From an uncultured Holophagales bacterium (GTDB taxonomy: Bacteria; Acidobacteriota; Thermoanaerobaculia; Multivoradales; UBA5704): a stretch of 64,000 nucleotides of DNA. The position numbers and the translations under genes are program-made. Location: contig CAWJGT010000009.1 of NCBI GenBank assembly GCA_963842525.1, positions 640,001-704,000 of the forward strand. Direction: 5' to 3'. The number at the start of each line of letters is the position of its first letter. Within the stretch, counting starts at the first letter, position 1. The notes under the pieces were generated by a model. The model did not search any database, was not told where the DNA came from, and saw only the letters and a program-made list of their open reading frames with translations. Shown piece by piece: positions 1-9,969 of the stretch.

Positions 1-240
1 CGGCCCAAGGGGCCGGGAGAACATAGCCCAGGGCCGAGGCCGAAGGCCGACGCCCTGGGTCCTAGGAGGCCGATCTACCCCGCGGCCTGAAGGGCCGCGA
101 GAGGTCTGTTCGAGCCGGTTCCGCTCCTGGTGAAGGCTCCCGCGGCCCTTCAGGCCGCCTGATCGTGGCGGCCCTTGAATCCCAGGGAATCGGCCTGCGG
201 CCTCATCCCTGGGCTGGGATCTCCCGGCCCGTTGGGCCGG
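1..240. repeat. Nested inverted repeat, REP/REPIN-like element
   Basis: 1-60 is a near reverse complement of 181-240. An inner pair lies at ~82-101 and ~138-158 (GCGGCCTGAAGGGCCGCG). Confidence 0.8.
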
Positions 241-384
241 ATAGGGCGGCCATGAAGCTGCGAGAGAAAAAGGATCCTGGCTGATTTATTTCGTAGCAGG
301 CCCTTAGGGGCAATACTGTTCGTTTAGCCGCCTGCCCGCCCGGGCATAAATGCCCGGGCTTTCTTTCTCCCAGGGCCGTCCTCC

Positions 385-894
385 CTACCCTCGCCGCCCC
401 TCCACCCTCTCGGCCAACACTACCCCGGCGCGGTCGAGCGCGACGCCGCCGGCTGCTTCGAGGAAGTTGGCCAGGGAGAGCGGATCGGTGGCGAGGCTGT
501 GGAGCACGTCGAGGGCGGCGACCAGCTTGTCGTCGTACAGCTCGAGGTGACCCACGGCCGCACCCCAGTCGGACCGGCTTTCCAGGGCGTAGCCTTCCAG
601 GTCGGGCTGGGGATTCAGCCGGAAGGCCGCATCGCGGCCAATCCCGGGCAGAACGGCCGCGGCGAGCAGGGCGTGGAACCGCGAGGTGAAGACCGCCGTG
701 GGCCGGCGGCGTTGCGGACCCTCGCCGGGGCGGAACAGGGCATAGCCCTGGTCGGTCGGTTCGATCCGCCACGGGCCGGCCACATCGGCTTCATGGGCCG
801 TGGGCGGCTCGTCGCGCTCGGCGAGAAGGTCCAGGAAACGGGAGTCGAAGGCGTTGGGGAGAAGGCGGGTGGTACCATCGTCACTGCCGTGCAT
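385..894 (-). CDS. Hypothetical protein, 169 aa
   Basis: Globular-looking ORF with a GAGGA RBS and an upstream sigma70-type promoter. Family not recognised. Confidence 0.75.
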   Translation of the reverse strand: MHGSDDGTTRLLPNAFDSRFLDLLAERDEPPTAHEADVAGPWRIEPTDQGYALFRPGEGPQRRRPTAVFTSRFHALLAAAVLPGIGRDAAFRLNPQPDLEGYALESRSDWGAAVGHLELYDDKLVAALDVLHSLATDPLSLANFLEAAGGVALDRAGVVLAERVEGRRG

Positions 895-1015
895 AGGAGT
901 GGTTTCCTCTGCGTCGGTAGGCTCGGGGTGAGGGGACTAGCCTCGCTCCGGGCCGTCTGGTTGGGCCGGAAAACCGCCGGCCTGCGGACTACGAACCTAC
1001 TGCCTGCTTACCGCC

Positions 1016-1043
1016 ATTCTAGCAAGGCCGTTGCGCCTGTCAA
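1016..1043 (-). promoter_or_regulatory. Sigma70-type promoter for 385-894
   Basis: Minus strand reads TTGACA-N16-TAGAAT with a TG extension. Confidence 0.6.
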
Positions 1044-1116
1044 GTCCCTGGAGCGGGATGCAGGCATGTTCCAGAATGTCAAAGAGCGGCTCGGTGCGAC
1101 CGGCCCCGGGGTCCAG

Positions 1117-1410
1117 CCGCTGCCGCACGACCCCGTGCCGCTGCCGCTGGACCCCGTGCCGCTGCCGCACGACCCCGTGCCGCTGCCGCACGACCCCGCG
1201 CCGCTGCCGCACGACCCCGCGCCGCTGCCGCTCACGGTCCAGCCGCTGCCGCACGACCCCGTGCCGCTGCCGCACGACCTCGCGCCGCTGCCGCACGACC
1301 CCGTGCCGCTGCCGCACGACCTCGCGCCGCTGCCGCACGACCTCGTGCCGCTGCCGCACGACCTCGCGCCGCTGCCGCACGACCTCGTGCCGCTGCCGCA
1401 CGACCCCGTG
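1117..1410. repeat. 21-bp tandem repeat, about 14 copies
   Basis: Unit CCGCTGCCGCACGACC(C/T)CG(T/C)G, intergenic and downstream of rdgB. Confidence 0.95.
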
Positions 1411-1442
1411 CGCTTGCGGCAGGCCTTCGCGGTGGCACGTCC

Positions 1443-2003
1443 TCACCCCCTGTCCGCCTTGCCCAACCTCCTCATCAGCTCCCGCCACGCCTTGCCGCGG
1501 TGGCTGACGGCGTCCTTCTCCTTGCCGGTCAGCTCGGCGAAGGTGCGGGTTTCTCCGCGAGGGAGGAAGACGGGGTCCCAGCCGAAGCCGTGGGCGCCGC
1601 GGCCGGGGAGGATCAGCTCTCCCTCGGTGAGGCCCTCGGCGGCGACGGCCTGCTCGGCATCTCGATAGAAGAGGCCGCAGCGGGCGAGAGCGTGGGCATC
1701 GCCGAGGGTGTGGGCTGCCCGGGCGAGGCCCTCGGCGCCGACGGCCTGGAGCATCCATTTGACCAGCGGGCCGGGGAAGCCGTTGAAGGCCGAAAGCTCC
1801 AGGCTCACGTCCTCGATGACCAGCGGACGGCCGATCTGCCGCCAGGCTTCGTCGGCCTTGCCGCGCAGGATTTCGATCAGATCGAGGGACTGGATTTCCG
1901 GCAGGTCCAGCTCGACGGCTTCCAGGTCGGCCCCGAGCGCGAGCCGGGCCTCGGCGATCTTACCGCGGTTGCCGGTGACGAGGACGAAGGGAAGGGTGCT
2001 CAC
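1443..2003 (-). CDS. rdgB: Non-canonical purine NTP pyrophosphatase (Ham1/RdgB)
   Basis: VTGNRGK, FPGP, GFGWDPVF and SHRGKA motifs. GTG start overlaps the coaE stop. Confidence 0.92.
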   Translation of the reverse strand: MSTLPFVLVTGNRGKIAEARLALGADLEAVELDLPEIQSLDLIEILRGKADEAWRQIGRPLVIEDVSLELSAFNGFPGPLVKWMLQAVGAEGLARAAHTLGDAHALARCGLFYRDAEQAVAAEGLTEGELILPGRGAHGFGWDPVFLPRGETRTFAELTGKEKDAVSHRGKAWRELMRRLGKADRG

Positions 2004-2599
2004 CCTGCCGCCAGCCGCCGCAGCTCCACGATGAGCTCGTCGACCTGGGGGCGGAGGTGGATGTGGCTGCCGCAGTTGTCGATCAGACGGTGGGCCGCGT
2101 CGCGCCGCTCCTTGCCGTCCCCCTGGGCCAGGAGGCGGGCCCGCGCCCCGGCCTCGTCCATGCCGCGGGACACGGCCCGCGCCAGGCGGGTCGGAGCGTC
2201 GCATTCGACCGTAACGATGAAGTCGAAGTCCGGGGCGTAGCCGGACTCGACCAGCAGGGTGGCTTCGAGGACCACGACCTCGTTGCCGGCTTCTGCAATC
2301 TCCGCGAACCGTTTTCGCACCAGGGGATGGATCGCGCGCTCCAGGGCCTGGCGGGCCTGGGGGTCCTGGAACACCTTCGCCGCCACATGGGCGTGATCGA
2401 CTCCGCCCTCCGCGTTCAGAGCCTCGGGCCCGAACAGATCGCGCACCGCCGGCACCCCTTTGCCGCCGGGCAGGTACAGCTCGGCCACCAGCTTGTCGGC
2501 GTCGATCACCTGGAAGCCGGCCTCTCGCAGCCACTGCGACACGGTCGACTTGCCGCTGGCGAGCCCTCCTGTGAGGCCGATGCGCAGGGCCCGTTTCAT
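2000..2599 (-). CDS. coaE: Dephospho-CoA kinase
   Basis: IGLTGGLASGKST P-loop, IDAD and IHP motifs. Confidence 0.95.
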   Translation of the reverse strand: MKRALRIGLTGGLASGKSTVSQWLREAGFQVIDADKLVAELYLPGGKGVPAVRDLFGPEALNAEGGVDHAHVAAKVFQDPQARQALERAIHPLVRKRFAEIAEAGNEVVVLEATLLVESGYAPDFDFIVTVECDAPTRLARAVSRGMDEAGARARLLAQGDGKERRDAAHRLIDNCGSHIHLRPQVDELIVELRRLAAG

Positions 2600-3558
2600 G
2601 ACGAGGGTGCCGGAACGGTCAGTGCGCCAGGGGCCAGGAGCGGCAGCCCCTGCCGGAGGCGGGCGGCGTTCAGGGTGTTGACCAGGAGCATGGCTACGGT
2701 CAGAAGGCCGACCCCGCCGGGAACCGGCGTGATCGCCGACGTCTTCGGGGCCACCCGGGTGAAGTCGACGTCTCCGACGATCGTCGAGCCGCGCGTCGCG
2801 AGCTGCCGGCGGCGCTGCTCGTCGCCCGGAAAGAGGCGTTCCACCTCTGCCGGGTCGGTGATCCGGTTGATTCCGACATCCACCACGACGGCCCCTTCCT
2901 TCACGTGCTGCGAACCGAGAAAGGCGGGACGCCCGAGAGCGGCCACCAGGATGTCGGCCTCGCGTGTGACCGCGGCGAGGTCTGCCGTGCGCGAATGGCA
3001 GACGGTGACGGTGCAGTGCTCGCGCAGCAGGAGCGCGGCCATAGGCTTGCCCACGATGGCGCTCCTCCCCACGATTGCGGCCCGCCGGCCGGCCAGTGGG
3101 ATGCCGTTGCGCCGCAGCAGCTCGAGGACGCCGTACGGCGTGGCCGGCACGAACCCCGGCTCGTCGAGCCAGAGCCGGCCGACGTTCACCGGATGGAAGC
3201 CGTCCACGTCCTTGTCAGGCGCGACCCGATCGAGCACCCGCCGTTCGGTGATTCCCTTCGGAAGGGGGAGCTGGACGAGGATGCCGTCCACCGCCTCGTC
3301 GCGGTTGAGGCCTTCGATCAGCTCGATCAGCTCGTCCTCGCCGGTCGTCTCCGGCAGCCGGATCGTGCGGCTGGCGATGTCCGCCTCGTCGCAGGCCTTC
3401 ACCTTGCTCCCCACGTAGACCTGGGACGCGGGGTCCCCGCCGACCAGGACCGCTGCGAGGCCGGGAGCGCGGTAGCCGGCGGCGGTCAGCTCCCGCACGG
3501 CCGCGGACACCTCGGCGCGGATCTCGGCGGCGAGGGCCTTTCCTTCGAGGAGCTTCAC
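2596..3558 (-). CDS. folD: Methylenetetrahydrofolate dehydrogenase/cyclohydrolase
   Basis: GILVQLPLP, KDVDGFHP, GRSAIVGKP and TPVPGGVG motifs. Confidence 0.97.
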   Translation of the reverse strand: MKLLEGKALAAEIRAEVSAAVRELTAAGYRAPGLAAVLVGGDPASQVYVGSKVKACDEADIASRTIRLPETTGEDELIELIEGLNRDEAVDGILVQLPLPKGITERRVLDRVAPDKDVDGFHPVNVGRLWLDEPGFVPATPYGVLELLRRNGIPLAGRRAAIVGRSAIVGKPMAALLLREHCTVTVCHSRTADLAAVTREADILVAALGRPAFLGSQHVKEGAVVVDVGINRITDPAEVERLFPGDEQRRRQLATRGSTIVGDVDFTRVAPKTSAITPVPGGVGLLTVAMLLVNTLNAARLRQGLPLLAPGALTVPAPSS

Positions 3559-4307
3559 CCCGGGATCCTCCCGCTGTAGAGGCAGACGATGCCGCCGGAA
3601 AGGTCCTCCCAGGCCATCTCCGTGAACCCGGCGGCGGCCATCCGGTCGAGGAAGCCCTGGCGCTGCGGGAATTCCAGGACCGAGGCGGGGAGATAGGTGT
3701 ACGCCGAGCCGCGATGGGAGAGCAACCGTCCGACCCAGGGCAACAGGTGGCGGAAATAGAAGAGGTAGAGCGCGCGCAGGGGCGCGATCCGGGGGACGGC
3801 GAACTCCAGGACGACCAGCCGGCCGCCCGGCCGCAGGGCTCCGGCGAGCAGGCGCAGGGCCGCGTCGAGGTCGGCCACGTTGCGCAGGCCGAAGGAGACC
3901 GTCGCACCGGCGAAGCGCCGCGGCGGGAAGGGGAGCGCCAGGGCGTCCGCGGCCAACGGAGCCGGCCGGGGAGACCCCTGCGGCCCCTGGGGACCCCTGG
4001 GATCATTGCGGCCAAACTTTCGCCGCGCCAGGGCGAGCATGGGGATGCAGAAGTCGGCGGCGGCGACCCGCGCGCCGCGCTGGCGCAGGGCCGTGGCCTG
4101 GTCGCCCGTGCCGCAGCAGAGGTCGAGCACCTCGGACCCGGGCGCAGGATCGAGCACCGCCGCCGCCCGCCGTCGCCAGACGATGTCCAGGCTGGCCGAC
4201 AGCAGGTGGTTCAGCAGGTCATACCGGGGGGCGACCCCGGCGAACATGTCCTGGATGGCCCGCCCCGACTTGTCGAGCGGCGCACTGGCGGTGGAGGTCT
4301 CGCTCAC
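3555..4307 (-). CDS. ubiE: Ubiquinone/menaquinone C-methyltransferase (UbiE/MenG)
   Basis: MFxxVAPRYDLLN, LDLCCGTGD and FGLRNV motifs. Confidence 0.92.
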   Translation of the reverse strand: MSETSTASAPLDKSGRAIQDMFAGVAPRYDLLNHLLSASLDIVWRRRAAAVLDPAPGSEVLDLCCGTGDQATALRQRGARVAAADFCIPMLALARRKFGRNDPRGPQGPQGSPRPAPLAADALALPFPPRRFAGATVSFGLRNVADLDAALRLLAGALRPGGRLVVLEFAVPRIAPLRALYLFYFRHLLPWVGRLLSHRGSAYTYLPASVLEFPQRQGFLDRMAAAGFTEMAWEDLSGGIVCLYSGRIPG

Positions 4308-4340
4308 GCGCCACAGTCTACCGGAGTCGGAGAAGGGATC

Positions 4341-7205
4341 TCAGCTTTGTGGACGCTCCCGGCCGGAGTTGAGCTCTGGGACGGAGAGAGGCTGGACCGG
4401 AGGAGCTCCTCCTGTAAGGTTAGCGACCCCTTCCAGGGGCTCGGCGGCCGCACCTGGTTTTTTAGGCCCTGGACGAATGTCGGCGACCACCCCTAACAAG
4501 GGAGGGAGGTCCCCGTCCGATGAGGAGGGGAGGTCCCGGAAGACCCTCTTCGTCGCGCGTTCGAGCTTGGCGGACGGGGACTCCGGTCGAGCTCCATCGT
4601 CATACTCCTTGCGGAAACCTGGCGAGTCCCGGAGCTCGGGATCGAGCTCGTTCCAGGCCTGCCGGAACATCTCCTCGTCTAGAATCCGGGCAGAGACTTT
4701 GTACTCCGTCGCGAGAAACTCTACCGCCCCATACAAGAAGGCGGTCAGCTTCGTCATCCTCTGGCGCGCCGAGCTCACGGCGAGCCCAGCCAGACAGCCG
4801 ATCATGAATTGCCGGCGCCCGATTTCCTGGTTGTTTTTGACGCTTTCGAGGTAGTGTCCCTCCGCCTCCTGGAAGTTCTCCTCGCGGACTGCCAGATCGC
4901 CCAGGTATTTCAGCGTCTCGGCCGAGCCCCACCGGTCATCCGCGTCTTGCTGGGTCTTCAGGGCCTCTTTGAGTTGGTTGCGGGCCTCGTCGAACTTCCT
5001 GTCCATCATGAGGAGGAAACCGAGATTGCTGCGCGTCAACGGGATACCCCAGGTGTCCCCCTCTCCCCAGAGGGCAAGACTGCGCTGATAGAGCTCTAGC
5101 GCTTCCCGGCTCTCCCCCCGCCGCCGCCGCACGTTACCCAAGTCGTTCAGGGCCAGGGCGAGGCCCCACGGATCCTCATTCCGCTGTCTTTCGAAAATTC
5201 GCCGGGCCTCTTCCTCGTAGCCGAGGGCGCCGTCGAGGTCGTTCAACCCCAGGACTGTCATGCCCAGCACGATCAGGGCATACCCGAGATCCCCCTCGTG
5301 CGCGGGACCCAGGGTGCGCCAGACTGCCACGCTCGCCTCGAGCAGGGGCTTCGCCTGGGGGTATTCGCCGCGGAGGAACGCCAGACCTCCGGCGCTATAG
5401 AGGGCCTGCGCGTAGGGGACTCCGCAGCTCTGGAGCGGCTCCTGCAGCCAGAGCTTCCCCTCCGTGAACTCCGCCCTCAGGTTCCAGAACCAGAACAGCG
5501 AGCCGGCGAGCCGCAGGCCCATCTGGCGGTCTCCGTCCATGGACCGGCTCCAGTCGAGTACCGCCTTGAGGTTGTCCCGCTCCCGCTCCAACTCCGCCAT
5601 GTGCTCCGGCCTCTTGGGCGATTTGATCCCCCGGTCGGCCGTCTCCGCGAGGCCTGCGAAATATCTGGCGTGGCGCCTCCGGGTTTCGGCTTCGCCCTCG
5701 CTTTGACGGAGGCAGTGTAGGGCGAACTCCCGGACCGTGTCGGTCATCTCGAACCGGGAAGCTCCGGCTTTGCTCTCTCGGCGGAGCAGAGCTTTCTCGG
5801 TCAGCCTTTCCAGCCCGTCTCGGAAAAGCGGTGGAATCTCCTTCGGAGAGCCGTTCTCACCTTCCTTGTCACAGACCCGGAAGGCCGATTCCGCGGTACA
5901 TCCTCCCGCGAACACCGCCAGATGCCGGAAGAGTTGCTGTTCGTCCGGCGGTAGGATGTCGTAGCTGCGGCGAATCGAGGCGTGCATCACCTTCTGCAGG
6001 CCGAGCCTGGAGTCCCCGCCCCCGCCCCCTTTCAGGTACAGGCGGAGCTCGGCCACGATCTCCGGCAGCTCGTATCCATAGCTCGCGCCAGCTACCACCT
6101 CGATGGCAAGCGCAAGGTCTCCGAGAAGCCCGCAGATCTCGTCTAGATCCTTCTCATGGCCTCTCACCTTGAACCGCGCCCCGACGTCCCTCCCTCTTTG
6201 CTTGAAGAGTTGGATCGCGTCGGCCCGTTTCAGGGGTTCCAACGGATAATGCTGAGCTGTCCGTAGCTTCCTGAGTTGGAAGCGGCTCGTGATAAGGACC
6301 TGAAGGCCGGGACAGCCGTGAGTGAGGTCCTCGACAGCCGGACCGGCCTTGATGAAATGCTCGAAGCCGTCGAGCAGCAACAGCGCCGGGCGCTGCTCCA
6401 AGTACTGTGTGAGGCTCTGGACCATCGAAACTCGTTCGGTTTCGCGGACACCCACCGTCTGGGCTATGGCGGAGAAGACCAGCCTCTCGGCCTCCTCCCG
6501 GGTGCGCAGAAACTGCTCCTTCTCGCCGCCGACCGGCGGCTTCAGGGAAACGGGATAGATGGAATAGCCCCTGAGCCTCTCCAGCAGCTTGAGCGCCAGC
6601 CAGGTCTTGCCCGTACCCCCGTCACCATGTAGGACGAGCAACGGCACCCGGTTCCGCCGCAGAGCTTGCTCGAGTTCTCGCAACTCGGCCTTGCGGCCGA
6701 TGAAGTGGACCGGAGCCTCCTCCGCCTGCGCCGCCAAAGGCCGCCTGCTCTTGCGCCGGGCCGATTCGAGAACCCTGTTGCGTACCAGCCAAGCGAGCTC
6801 TTCGGGGGTCTTCTTCGGGCCGACGTTGGCGAAAATGATATCCGGCAGGTCCGGAACGGGGGTGTCGTCGAAGCGAGCGGGGAGGATGTAGGGGTCCTCC
6901 AGCGGACTCTCTAGGGTCCGGTGCCTACGCAAGGCGGCCTGCAGCTCCTGCATCGTCGTTGGTTTGCCGGTGTAGAAGCGGGAGATGAAGACCAGGCAGT
7001 GCTGCGCCCGGTGCTCGAAGACGTCGGCCAGGTGGTCGAGCAGGGGAAGGCCGATCTCCGGTGCTCCCGGCCCGTCGCCGAAGTAGACTCGGAGCCCGTG
7101 CGACTCGAGCAGGGTCTTGACCTCCTCGACATACCTCCGGTCCTCACCGGCGTAAGAGAGTGCGACGTGGTATCTGCGAAAGGCAGTCAGCTTGGGTAGA
7201 TGCAT
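4341..7205 (-). CDS. TIR - STAND/NB-ARC ATPase - winged helix - TPR protein, 954 aa
   Basis: N-terminal TIR (VALSYAGEDR...FISRFY...TMQEL...ILPARFD), Walker A GDGGTGKT, Walker B LLLLDGFE, C-terminal TPRs. Confidence 0.88.
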   Translation of the reverse strand: MHLPKLTAFRRYHVALSYAGEDRRYVEEVKTLLESHGLRVYFGDGPGAPEIGLPLLDHLADVFEHRAQHCLVFISRFYTGKPTTMQELQAALRRHRTLESPLEDPYILPARFDDTPVPDLPDIIFANVGPKKTPEELAWLVRNRVLESARRKSRRPLAAQAEEAPVHFIGRKAELRELEQALRRNRVPLLVLHGDGGTGKTWLALKLLERLRGYSIYPVSLKPPVGGEKEQFLRTREEAERLVFSAIAQTVGVRETERVSMVQSLTQYLEQRPALLLLDGFEHFIKAGPAVEDLTHGCPGLQVLITSRFQLRKLRTAQHYPLEPLKRADAIQLFKQRGRDVGARFKVRGHEKDLDEICGLLGDLALAIEVVAGASYGYELPEIVAELRLYLKGGGGGDSRLGLQKVMHASIRRSYDILPPDEQQLFRHLAVFAGGCTAESAFRVCDKEGENGSPKEIPPLFRDGLERLTEKALLRRESKAGASRFEMTDTVREFALHCLRQSEGEAETRRRHARYFAGLAETADRGIKSPKRPEHMAELERERDNLKAVLDWSRSMDGDRQMGLRLAGSLFWFWNLRAEFTEGKLWLQEPLQSCGVPYAQALYSAGGLAFLRGEYPQAKPLLEASVAVWRTLGPAHEGDLGYALIVLGMTVLGLNDLDGALGYEEEARRIFERQRNEDPWGLALALNDLGNVRRRRGESREALELYQRSLALWGEGDTWGIPLTRSNLGFLLMMDRKFDEARNQLKEALKTQQDADDRWGSAETLKYLGDLAVREENFQEAEGHYLESVKNNQEIGRRQFMIGCLAGLAVSSARQRMTKLTAFLYGAVEFLATEYKVSARILDEEMFRQAWNELDPELRDSPGFRKEYDDGARPESPSAKLERATKRVFRDLPSSSDGDLPPLLGVVADIRPGPKKPGAAAEPLEGVANLTGGAPPVQPLSVPELNSGRERPQS

Positions 7206-7408
7206 GGTGAGATACCTCTTGCTCTCATGCTAGAGAGCGCCTCTTCCATGGTCAAAGAGCCAAGTGCAGTCATGGAGAAGGCCGGCTGGAGCGGGTCGGA
7301 TCCAGCAGGGAAGTTGACGAGTGGGTCAGATGGTGTACACTAGGCACCTGCCGCGGCGGGCCGTCGCGGTGTGCAGGTAGCCATCTCGTGGGCGATTTGC
7401 CCGCCCCC

Positions 7409-7437
7409 TTGACAATGCTGTCCCATCCGCCTAGCAT
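7409..7437 (+). promoter_or_regulatory. Sigma70-type promoter of the rplM operon
   Basis: TTGACA-N17-TAGCAT. Confidence 0.65.
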
Positions 7438-7514
7438 ATGGCTCCTTTGCGTCGCAGAGGCGGGTCTCGCACGCCGCACCGGGGCGCTTTTCCCAGAGAG
7501 AGTCGGACGGAGAT

Positions 7515-7964
7515 TTGAGCATGAACAGGACCTATAGCCCGAAGCTCGCCGAGATCGAGCACCAGTGGCACGTGGTGGATGCGGCCGGGATTCCTCTCGG
7601 GCGTCTGTCCACGCAGGTGGCGCATCTCCTCATGGGCAAGCACAAGCCCACCTGGGCGCCGCATATCGACGTCGGCGACTTCGTGATCGTGATCAACGCC
7701 GAGAAGACGGTGCTGACCGGGCGCAAGGAGACCGACAAGGTCTATCACCGCCATACGGGCTATCCCGGCGGGCTGAAGAGCGAGACGGCCGGCGACCGGC
7801 GCAAGCGCAAGCCCACCAAGCTGGTCGAAGGGGCTGTCTGGGGCATGCTTCCCAAGAACAGCCTCGGGCGGAAGATCCTCCGCAAGCTGAAGGTCTACGC
7901 CGGACCGGAGCACCCCCATCAGGCGCAGCAGCCGCAGCCTTTCGACGCCAAGCTGGCGTCTTAG
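7515..7964 (+). CDS. rplM: 50S ribosomal protein L13
   Basis: WHVVDA, GRLS, GKHKP, HTGYPGG. Start may be the ATG at 7521. Confidence 0.98.
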   Translation: MSMNRTYSPKLAEIEHQWHVVDAAGIPLGRLSTQVAHLLMGKHKPTWAPHIDVGDFVIVINAEKTVLTGRKETDKVYHRHTGYPGGLKSETAGDRRKRKPTKLVEGAVWGMLPKNSLGRKILRKLKVYAGPEHPHQAQQPQPFDAKLAS

Positions 7965-7989
7965 TCGACAGAGGACAGAGGAGACCGCA

Positions 7990-8382
7990 GTGGATCGGGA
8001 TCAATACTATGGCACCGGGCGTCGCAAGACGGCCGCCGCACGCGTCTATCTGCGCTCCGGCGCTGGCGAGGTCAAGGTCAACGGCCGCACCCTCGACGAA
8101 TACTTCCCCAATGACGTGCTCAAGATGATCATCAAGCAGCCCCTGGTGCTGACCGAGACGACGGAGCGGTTCGACCTCGTCGTCACGGTGGCCGGGGGCG
8201 GCAGCGCGGGCCAGGCCGGCGCGATCCGGCACGGCATTTCGCGCGCCCTCATCCAGTTCAACGGCGAGCTGCGCGACCGTCTGAAGTCGGCGGGGCTCCT
8301 GACGCGCGATCCGCGCAAGAAGGAGCGGAAGAAGTACGGCCAGAAGGGTGCCCGGGCGCGGTTCCAGTTCAGCAAGCGCTAG
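7990..8382 (+). CDS. rpsI: 30S ribosomal protein S9
   Basis: [12 protein letters not shown] and ERKKYG...ARFQFSKR. Confidence 0.98.
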   Translation: MDRDQYYGTGRRKTAAARVYLRSGAGEVKVNGRTLDEYFPNDVLKMIIKQPLVLTETTERFDLVVTVAGGGSAGQAGAIRHGISRALIQFNGELRDRLKSAGLLTRDPRKKERKKYGQKGARARFQFSKR

Positions 8383-8402
8383 GTAAGAAGGGAGACATAC
8401 TC

Positions 8403-9188
8403 TTGGTCGAAGTCACGATGAAGGAGCTGCTGGAGGCCGGTGTCCACTTCGGGCACCAGACCCGGCGTTGGAACCCGAAGATGAAGCCTTACATCTTCGG
8501 CAAGCGCAACGGGATCTACATCATCGACCTGCAGAAGACGCTCAAGATGTTCGAGCAGGTCGTCGAGCTCGTCCGGGACCTGGCGGTCCAGGGCAAGCGG
8601 ATCCTGTTCGTCGGCACCAAGCGGCAGGCTCAGGAAGCCATTGCCGAAGAGGCGCGCCGCTCGGGCGAGTTCTACGTCACGAACCGGTGGCTCGGCGGCA
8701 CGCTGACCAACTTCGTGACTCTGCGCGCCTCGATCATCCGCCTGAAGGAGATCGAGTCCCGCCTCTCCGACGAGAACAACTCGCTCACCAAGAAGGAGCG
8801 GCTGCGTCTCGACCGCGAGCGCGACAAGATGGTCAAGAACCTCGAGGGCATCCGCGACATGGAGGAGCTGCCGGACGCGCTCTTCGTCGTCGACCCCAAG
8901 AAGGAATACATCGCGGTCTCCGAAGCGAACAAGCTGGGCATCCCGGTCATCGCCATCGTCGACACCAACTGCGACCCGGAGCTGATCGACTACATCATCC
9001 CCGGCAACGACGACGCGATCCGCGCCATCCGGCTATTCGCCGCCCGCGTCGCCGACGCCTATATCGAGGGCGCCGGCCAGGCCTCCGAAGGTGCCATGAC
9101 GGGCGGCCGGGGCGGAGCGGCGGCACGGATGCCCATGTCGCAGATGCCGGTGATCGACAAGGACATGGCGGGCGCCGCCGCGCACTAA
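8403..9188 (+). CDS. rpsB: 30S ribosomal protein S2
   Basis: [19 protein letters not shown] and PGNDDAIRA. Confidence 0.98.
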   Translation: MVEVTMKELLEAGVHFGHQTRRWNPKMKPYIFGKRNGIYIIDLQKTLKMFEQVVELVRDLAVQGKRILFVGTKRQAQEAIAEEARRSGEFYVTNRWLGGTLTNFVTLRASIIRLKEIESRLSDENNSLTKKERLRLDRERDKMVKNLEGIRDMEELPDALFVVDPKKEYIAVSEANKLGIPVIAIVDTNCDPELIDYIIPGNDDAIRAIRLFAARVADAYIEGAGQASEGAMTGGRGGAAARMPMSQMPVIDKDMAGAAAH

Positions 9189-9304
9189 CTCGAATCCAGG
9201 GCGCGCCGCCTCCGGCTGGCGCTTCGGAGAGGTCAGTCGAACCCGTGTCGATCTGACCTTTTCTTTTGTCCGCCCGGATTGTCTAGGAAGGAGAGATCGG
9301 GGTC

Positions 9305-9958
9305 ATGGCTGAAGTCACAGCTCAGATGGTCAAGCAGCTCCGGGAGAGCACCGGCGCTGGAATGATGGATTGCAAGCAGGCGCTCAACGAGACCGGGGGC
9401 AACATGGAGGCCGCGGTCGACTTCCTGCGCAAGAAGGGTCTCGCCGCGGCCGCCAAGAAGGCGGGCCGCGTCACCGCCGAAGGGGCCGTCGGCTCCTACA
9501 TCCACGGCGGCGGCAAGCTCGGCGTCCTCGTCGAGGTCAACTGCGAGACCGATTTCGTGGCGCGCACCGACGCCTTTCAGGAGCTCGTCCGCGACATCGC
9601 CATGCACATTGCCGCGGCAGAGCCGCGCTCCGTGCGCCGCGAAGAGGTCACCACGGACGTGCTCGACCGCGAGCGGGAGATTTTTCGCGATCAAGCGCTC
9701 GCCTCGGGCAAGCCGGCCAACGTGGTCGACAAGATCGTCAACGGCAAGATCGAGAAGTACTTCTCCGAATTCGTCCTCCTCGAGCAGCCGTTCGTGAAGA
9801 ACCCGGACGTCACCGTCGGCCAGATGATCGCCGAGAAGGTCGGCAAGATCGGCGAGAACATCCAGGTGCGGCGTTTCGTCCGCTTCAAGCTCGGCGAGGG
9901 GATCGAGAAGCGATCGGACGACTTCGCCGCCGAGGTCGCGGCCCAGGTCGGAAGGTAG
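9305..9958 (+). CDS. tsf: Elongation factor Ts (short form)
   Basis: [13 protein letters not shown] and NCETDFVA. Confidence 0.98.
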   Translation: MAEVTAQMVKQLRESTGAGMMDCKQALNETGGNMEAAVDFLRKKGLAAAAKKAGRVTAEGAVGSYIHGGGKLGVLVEVNCETDFVARTDAFQELVRDIAMHIAAAEPRSVRREEVTTDVLDREREIFRDQALASGKPANVVDKIVNGKIEKYFSEFVLLEQPFVKNPDVTVGQMIAEKVGKIGENIQVRRFVRFKLGEGIEKRSDDFAAEVAAQVGR

Positions 9959-9969
9959 AAGGCCTGGTG

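Noticed and set aside
499-1758. Repeat-protein ORFs (PLPHDPV or VVRQRHG) across the VNTR
   Set aside because: They overlap rdgB and, for the + strand ORF, the 385-894 gene, and lack credible starts. They are open only because the repeat unit has no stops.
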